Below, piece after piece: positions 40,396 to 44,680 of a stretch of DNA of 44,680 nt (the stretch's first letter is position 1; each line of letters starts with the position of its first letter). The notes below the pieces were generated by a model. That model worked only from the letters and a program-made list of their open reading frames with translations, made no database searches and was not told where the DNA came from. The DNA lies in the NCBI GenBank assembly GCA_030167865.1, contig JALAGF010006591.1, forward strand, positions 1-44,680, given 5' to 3'. A program made the position numbers and the translations under genes. This stretch comes from Craspedostauros australis (taxonomy: Eukaryota).

Positions 40396-42258
40396 ATGGG
40401 CGGAACGACATCGAAATTCAACGACAACGTGTGGGAGGCGGCGGACGGCAAACTGGAGGACCCGTCGCACACCATCGACGGCGTGCCGCCCACCATGGAG
40501 TACGAGGTCTTCGAGCTGCAAAAGAAGGCCGTCAACCAGCGCGAGTTCGACGTCGTCGACGACGTCAAGAACCTCATGTACACGACGCGCGCCGTCTCCG
40601 GAACTCTGGCCTGGTTCGACGTGCTGGGACCCGGAAGTCTGGGCAAGTACGAGGATCTGCGTCTGCGCGTGCAGGTCGATCTGGCACGCCGCACGTGGAT
40701 CGTGTATCGCTACGACAAGCCGCTCTTCGCGGGGCAGAAGGCGTCGATGACGGTGCAATCGACCAAGACGGATCACATCTACCAGCTCTTCAAGACGGCC
40801 TGCATCACCGTCTCGTGGAGTCGGTACGTGGCCGTGGCCGCGCGGTATGGCCCGCCCTCCATATCGGCCAGCTTCACCATGGAGGATGGCGCATCGCGCG
40901 ACTTTGGTGGCAAGGTGACCAGCGCAAGTCTTCTGGACGACGACGATGAGGAGGACGACATGATGGCTCAGGCGGCGAAGATCGCAGCGAGGCGGAGGAC
41001 GGCGTCGGAGGCTGACCTGGAGACGTTGCATGAGGATGGGCCATCGGAGGCACCGATTGATGTGACCAATGACATCAAGGCAACTGATCATGACGACGAC
41101 AGGAAGGAAGCAAAGGCATTGGAGAATACGCGGACGGCGTCGCCCGCTGGAAAGATGATCGCCACCGCGCTCAACTCCACGTGTGAAATGTGCACATCAT
41201 CCAATCAAAAGTCACCGCCTGCCTCAGTCCATGCTCCCGATGACATTGATCGAATGATGATGGAGAAATCGCAAGGCGAGGCGGCATCCAATAACGCAGA
41301 CCCAGCTGCAACAAAGACAAATGCAGATGGTTCCGTTGCAACGCCCGCCGCAAAAGAGAAGGCGCCGACCGCAGCGTCACCGGGATCCGAAACGCCAGCG
41401 GAGACCTCCGGCGCGAGAGTCAAGAACTACTTCATGTCCAGATTGCCATTCCAAAGAACGAACACACCCACAAACAGCAACGGCGGCGAAGGAGCCTCGC
41501 CCGTATCGGAAAAGATGACGCCGTCCCGACGGACGCTCTTCCGACAGCAGAGTTCGCAGTCGGACTACGAGGTGCAGCTCGAGGGCGTCATCAACCTCGA
41601 CGACGACGCGATGCCCATCATCAAGTGTCAGGAAATTTACAACAAGATCATCGGCAATCACCAAACCTCCTTGATCAGCAAGCAGGAGATGATCGAGATG
41701 CTGCGCATGGATCAGGAGCAGCATGATCGGGAAGAGACAGGAGGCGCTGATAGCACGGGCAGTGGCGCGAAGGATCCGGCGCCGTTGGCGGACGGCGCCA
41801 GTGAAGAGAATCCGTTGGTCGCCGCCATTGAGAACGAAGAGGAAAAGAGCGGTGGCTTCGTGGCGACGCTGGATGGGCGACGCATCAAATCGGCGTGGTC
41901 CAGTCTGACGTCATCGTTCCGTGGTGATGAGAAGGATGCTGCCGCCGTAGCTGAAGCGGTGAAGGAAGACAAGGAGACCGCGGCACCCAGTACGGACGAA
42001 ACCGCAAAGGCAGAGGACAGCAACACCCACAACAGAAACGACAAGAGTGAAGGAGATGAGAAGGAAGGAGACGATGCAAAGGACGCGCCGCCTGGAGAGC
42101 AACCCCTGGTGGCGTACTGGAGCTGGAAGAACACCGTCATGGTGCACAAGATGCAGCTGCATCTTGCCAAGAATTCGGACCTTGCCTTGCACGTTGTTCT
42201 GGCAATCATCGTCAACCAAGTGCGGTACGAACGCAATGCGATCGCAATGACAGTGTAG
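40396..42258 (+). CDS. Hypothetical 620-aa protein; N-myristoylation motif; probable Tubby-C/LURP-one/scramblase-like fold split by disordered inserts
   Basis: MGGTTS start, beta-rich N-terminal segment and acidic inserts. The C-terminus reads KMQLHLAKNSDLALHVVLAIIVNQV. Strong GC3 bias supports coding; the fold call is inference. Confidence 0.75.
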   Translation: MGGTTSKFNDNVWEAADGKLEDPSHTIDGVPPTMEYEVFELQKKAVNQREFDVVDDVKNLMYTTRAVSGTLAWFDVLGPGSLGKYEDLRLRVQVDLARRTWIVYRYDKPLFAGQKASMTVQSTKTDHIYQLFKTACITVSWSRYVAVAARYGPPSISASFTMEDGASRDFGGKVTSASLLDDDDEEDDMMAQAAKIAARRRTASEADLETLHEDGPSEAPIDVTNDIKATDHDDDRKEAKALENTRTASPAGKMIATALNSTCEMCTSSNQKSPPASVHAPDDIDRMMMEKSQGEAASNNADPAATKTNADGSVATPAAKEKAPTAASPGSETPAETSGARVKNYFMSRLPFQRTNTPTNSNGGEGASPVSEKMTPSRRTLFRQQSSQSDYEVQLEGVINLDDDAMPIIKCQEIYNKIIGNHQTSLISKQEMIEMLRMDQEQHDREETGGADSTGSGAKDPAPLADGASEENPLVAAIENEEEKSGGFVATLDGRRIKSAWSSLTSSFRGDEKDAAAVAEAVKEDKETAAPSTDETAKAEDSNTHNRNDKSEGDEKEGDDAKDAPPGEQPLVAYWSWKNTVMVHKMQLHLAKNSDLALHVVLAIIVNQVRYERNAIAMTV

Positions 42259-42497
42259 AATAGAGTATTACAAAAAATTACGTAATCCAAGCATGTTGAA
42301 CTTGAAAGGATGAATTCAAGAGAGCAATGCGCTACATTCCTCTGGAGAGTACGTGATTGTGCGAACGATGACAATGGCATGCAATGATCGTCGCCATACG
42401 AGCTACTCGTCGTGTCGCTAACTCCGCTGCAAGCGTTCGTCTCTTTGATGTGCGCGACGCAGCCGAGTTGCCGAGGAAGGGCCATGTGGTTGGTGTT

Positions 42498-43341
42498 CTC
42501 GCGACGTCGCAAGAACAATCGAAGGAGCGCTACGACTATCTCACTCTACGAGGATATCGCCCTCCTCTTCTTGTAGCCGAGATCAGCCGTGTCTTCTCCA
42601 GTGCCAACTGCGCGAAATGTGCCAACGACAGGCCGAAACCAAGACAGGGCTCTTGTGACGTAACCGTCATCCTGATGCTCGTCTCTGCGGCCCTTGGAAC
42701 CGGATTGCCGTGTCACCACCCCGCGAATCATCTTGGGCTGATCCCCGAATGGATTGAGCAGCAGATCGGCCGAGAATGAGTACTCGCGATCCAGCTTCTC
42801 ATCATGGATCGTCCAGAAGACGCCCCATGGCTGCACCTCCCATTTGCCGATGCCCAGCATCTCGTGCTGCGTATCCTCGCCACTGCCATCTTGANNNNNN
42901 NNNNNNNNNNNNNNNNNNNNNNNNNNNNNNNNNNNNNNNNNNNNCTCGCGACGTCGCAAGAACAATCGAAGGAGCGCTACGACTATCTCACTCTACGAGG
43001 ATATCGCCCTCCTCTTCTTGTAGCCGAGATCAGCCGTGTCTTCTCCAGTGCCAACTGCGCGAAATGTGCCAACGACAGGCCGAAACCAAGACAGGGCTCT
43101 TGTGACGTAACCGTCATCCTGATGCTCGTCTCTGCGGCCCTTGGAACCGGATTGCCGTGTCACCACCCCGCGAATCATCTTGGGCTGATCCCCGAATGGA
43201 TTGAGCAGCAGATCGGCCGAGAATGAGTACTCGCGATCCAGCTTCTCATCATGGATNGTCCAGAAGACGCCCCATGGCTGCACCTCCCATTTGCCGATGC
43301 CCAGCATCTCGTGCTGCGTATCCTCGCCACTGCCATCTTGA
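42498..43341. other. 397-bp exact duplication (42498-42894 = 42945-43341) flanking a 50-N gap (42895-42944); probable assembly artefact
   Basis: The copies are identical at offset 447 and both abut the gap. The N at 43257 corresponds to C at 42810. Confidence 0.88.
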
Positions 43342-43829
43342 TCATCGCCGGCAAAACAGCATCGCACAAAACCGTTCTCGTGAAACTCCACCTCCAGCCT
43401 TCCCTGCCTGCGCTGCTTCTCCTTCCAATGCATCGACACGTTCCACATATCCGTCCGCATGGGATGCGGCTCCGTCATTTCCACACGCCGTGCGCGGCCA
43501 AGGTACCTGCCGCGGATTGCGTCCGGCATCCATGTCAATCGATGATCTTGGCGGCCGCACCACAGCATCTTGCGCAGCGGCGGCGGCGTCTCGCGATCGA
43601 AGATGTCCTGGAAGCGCTGCCGTCGCAGGAGAACCATCTCGCGATCGCTGGGGGTCAGCTCCATCCAGTAGGTCGTTGGCGATTGCGAGATCCTTGCGGC
43701 GCTGCTGGTCGCCTCGACTTGTACGAGCACGCAGTTGAGCATCGTCAGCAGCATCGCGATCGTGTTGATGGTGAGAATGGACCGCATTGTGACTGCTGTC
43801 CGTGTGCTTCCACACTGTAAAGATGCCAT
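42993..43829 (-). CDS. Hypothetical protein with predicted N-terminal signal peptide (~278 aa)
   Basis: Hydrophobic leader ILTINTIAMLLTMLNCVLVQVEA, then a globular beta-rich C-terminus (LEVEFHENGFVR, IGKWEVQPWGVFW, IRGVVTR, WFRPVVGTFRAVG). The start could be 43829 or the next Met. Confidence 0.72.
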   Translation of the reverse strand: MASLQCGSTRTAVTMRSILTINTIAMLLTMLNCVLVQVEATSSAARISQSPTTYWMELTPSDREMVLLRRQRFQDIFDRETPPPLRKMLWCGRQDHRLTWMPDAIRGRYLGRARRVEMTEPHPMRTDMWNVSMHWKEKQRRQGRLEVEFHENGFVRCCFAGDDQDGSGEDTQHEMLGIGKWEVQPWGVFWXIHDEKLDREYSFSADLLLNPFGDQPKMIRGVVTRQSGSKGRRDEHQDDGYVTRALSWFRPVVGTFRAVGTGEDTADLGYKKRRAISS

Positions 43830-44680
43830 CGTGGTTCGTTGCGTTTCTTGTGCTGTCTCTTCCTCTCTACATGCATTCATGCATTCATGCATGTGCTGGA
43901 GTATGTAAGGATGAGCGATGGTACTGCTATGGTGTACGTGTACCATGCCATACCATACCATGCATAGATCGTACAAATACTGGTGTGCACGAGGTGCGGC
44001 CTCAACAAGTTCTGGTCAGGCGACCGCCTGTCTCCACACGGCTGCGTCTGTCGCTTTCTGGGTCTTTCTTGAGAGAACGGGACTCGTCGGCGTATTGGAT
44101 CATGGCAGCAACAGAGGGGTCGAACGAACACGACGAAGAAACCGTACCCAAAAGACCAACAGAGGAGGTCGTCCAAAACAACACACACAGGCTTCGGTTA
44201 TCATCCATCATCAGACCTACTTCATACATCAGCACGCGCCTACGCTTCAATCACTCGATCGCAACTCTCCTGCACACACAAAGCTCCTCTCGCTCCGCAT
44301 AAAACAAGAAGGAGGAGCCCCAACGGACAGCCAACTGGATCGTCCCATTTCCTGCATTGCACAGCATCCGCAGCCTTGAGCAGACCACACCAATACCATA
44401 CGACCTCCAGGTCGCAGTTGATGCACCAACGATAACACTAGTTGTGGAGTGTTTTTTGAGTTTTACTCGTGATGAGTCGTGATAAATTAGACTAAAATAG
44501 AGCACACCCAAAACCATCCAAACAACTGCTTATGATGTTATATCTCAACAACACATCGTTTAAAATTAAAAATAAACAGTGCATCCGGACGAGTGTCTAT
44601 CAGTGATTCTGAATATTGAAGTTAAATTTGTATGGACTTTATTTTTAATGTCGTTTTGGCTTGCTGTCTGTCAGGTGGTG

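Noticed and set aside
42546..42894. Second copy of the terminal hypothetical gene
   Set aside because: It is part of the gap-flanking exact duplicate, a probable assembly artefact.

Overview
This is eukaryotic nuclear DNA, most likely from a diatom (inferred from the gene families, compact gene spacing, CA-rich leaders and 203-324 nt GT-AG introns). The left ~4.2 kb is a CpG-poor, partly decayed zone containing a 5'-truncated Cys-repeat gene and an ankyrin gene with two frameshifts. It ends at a tRNA-Asp(GTC). The gene-dense region that follows contains, in order: a kinesin-4-like motor, condensin I kleisin CAP-H (3 exons), a single-pass membrane protein with two bacterial-type AapJ/BztA solute-binding domains, a rearranged two-module dCTP pyrophosphatase (DCTPP1/MazG), an S/R-rich disordered protein, an F-box+SEL1 protein, a CRAL-TRIO-like protein, an HtrL/YibB-like glycosyltransferase-type protein, a metallophosphoesterase-fold probable pseudoenzyme, a divergent Rab, RPA12, an ankyrin protein, a TPR protein, a predicted myristoylated Tubby-C/LURP-like protein and a secreted hypothetical protein. 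The 397-bp duplication flanking the 50-N gap is probably an assembly artefact. The strongest leads are the single-chain pseudo-dimeric DCTPP1, the Rab with a natural F28L-equivalent, inverted CHR-like sites in the CAP-H promoter next to kinesin-4, a G-box cluster, and the tRNA at a CpG-decay boundary. All family calls come from motif recognition by eye; no searches were run.
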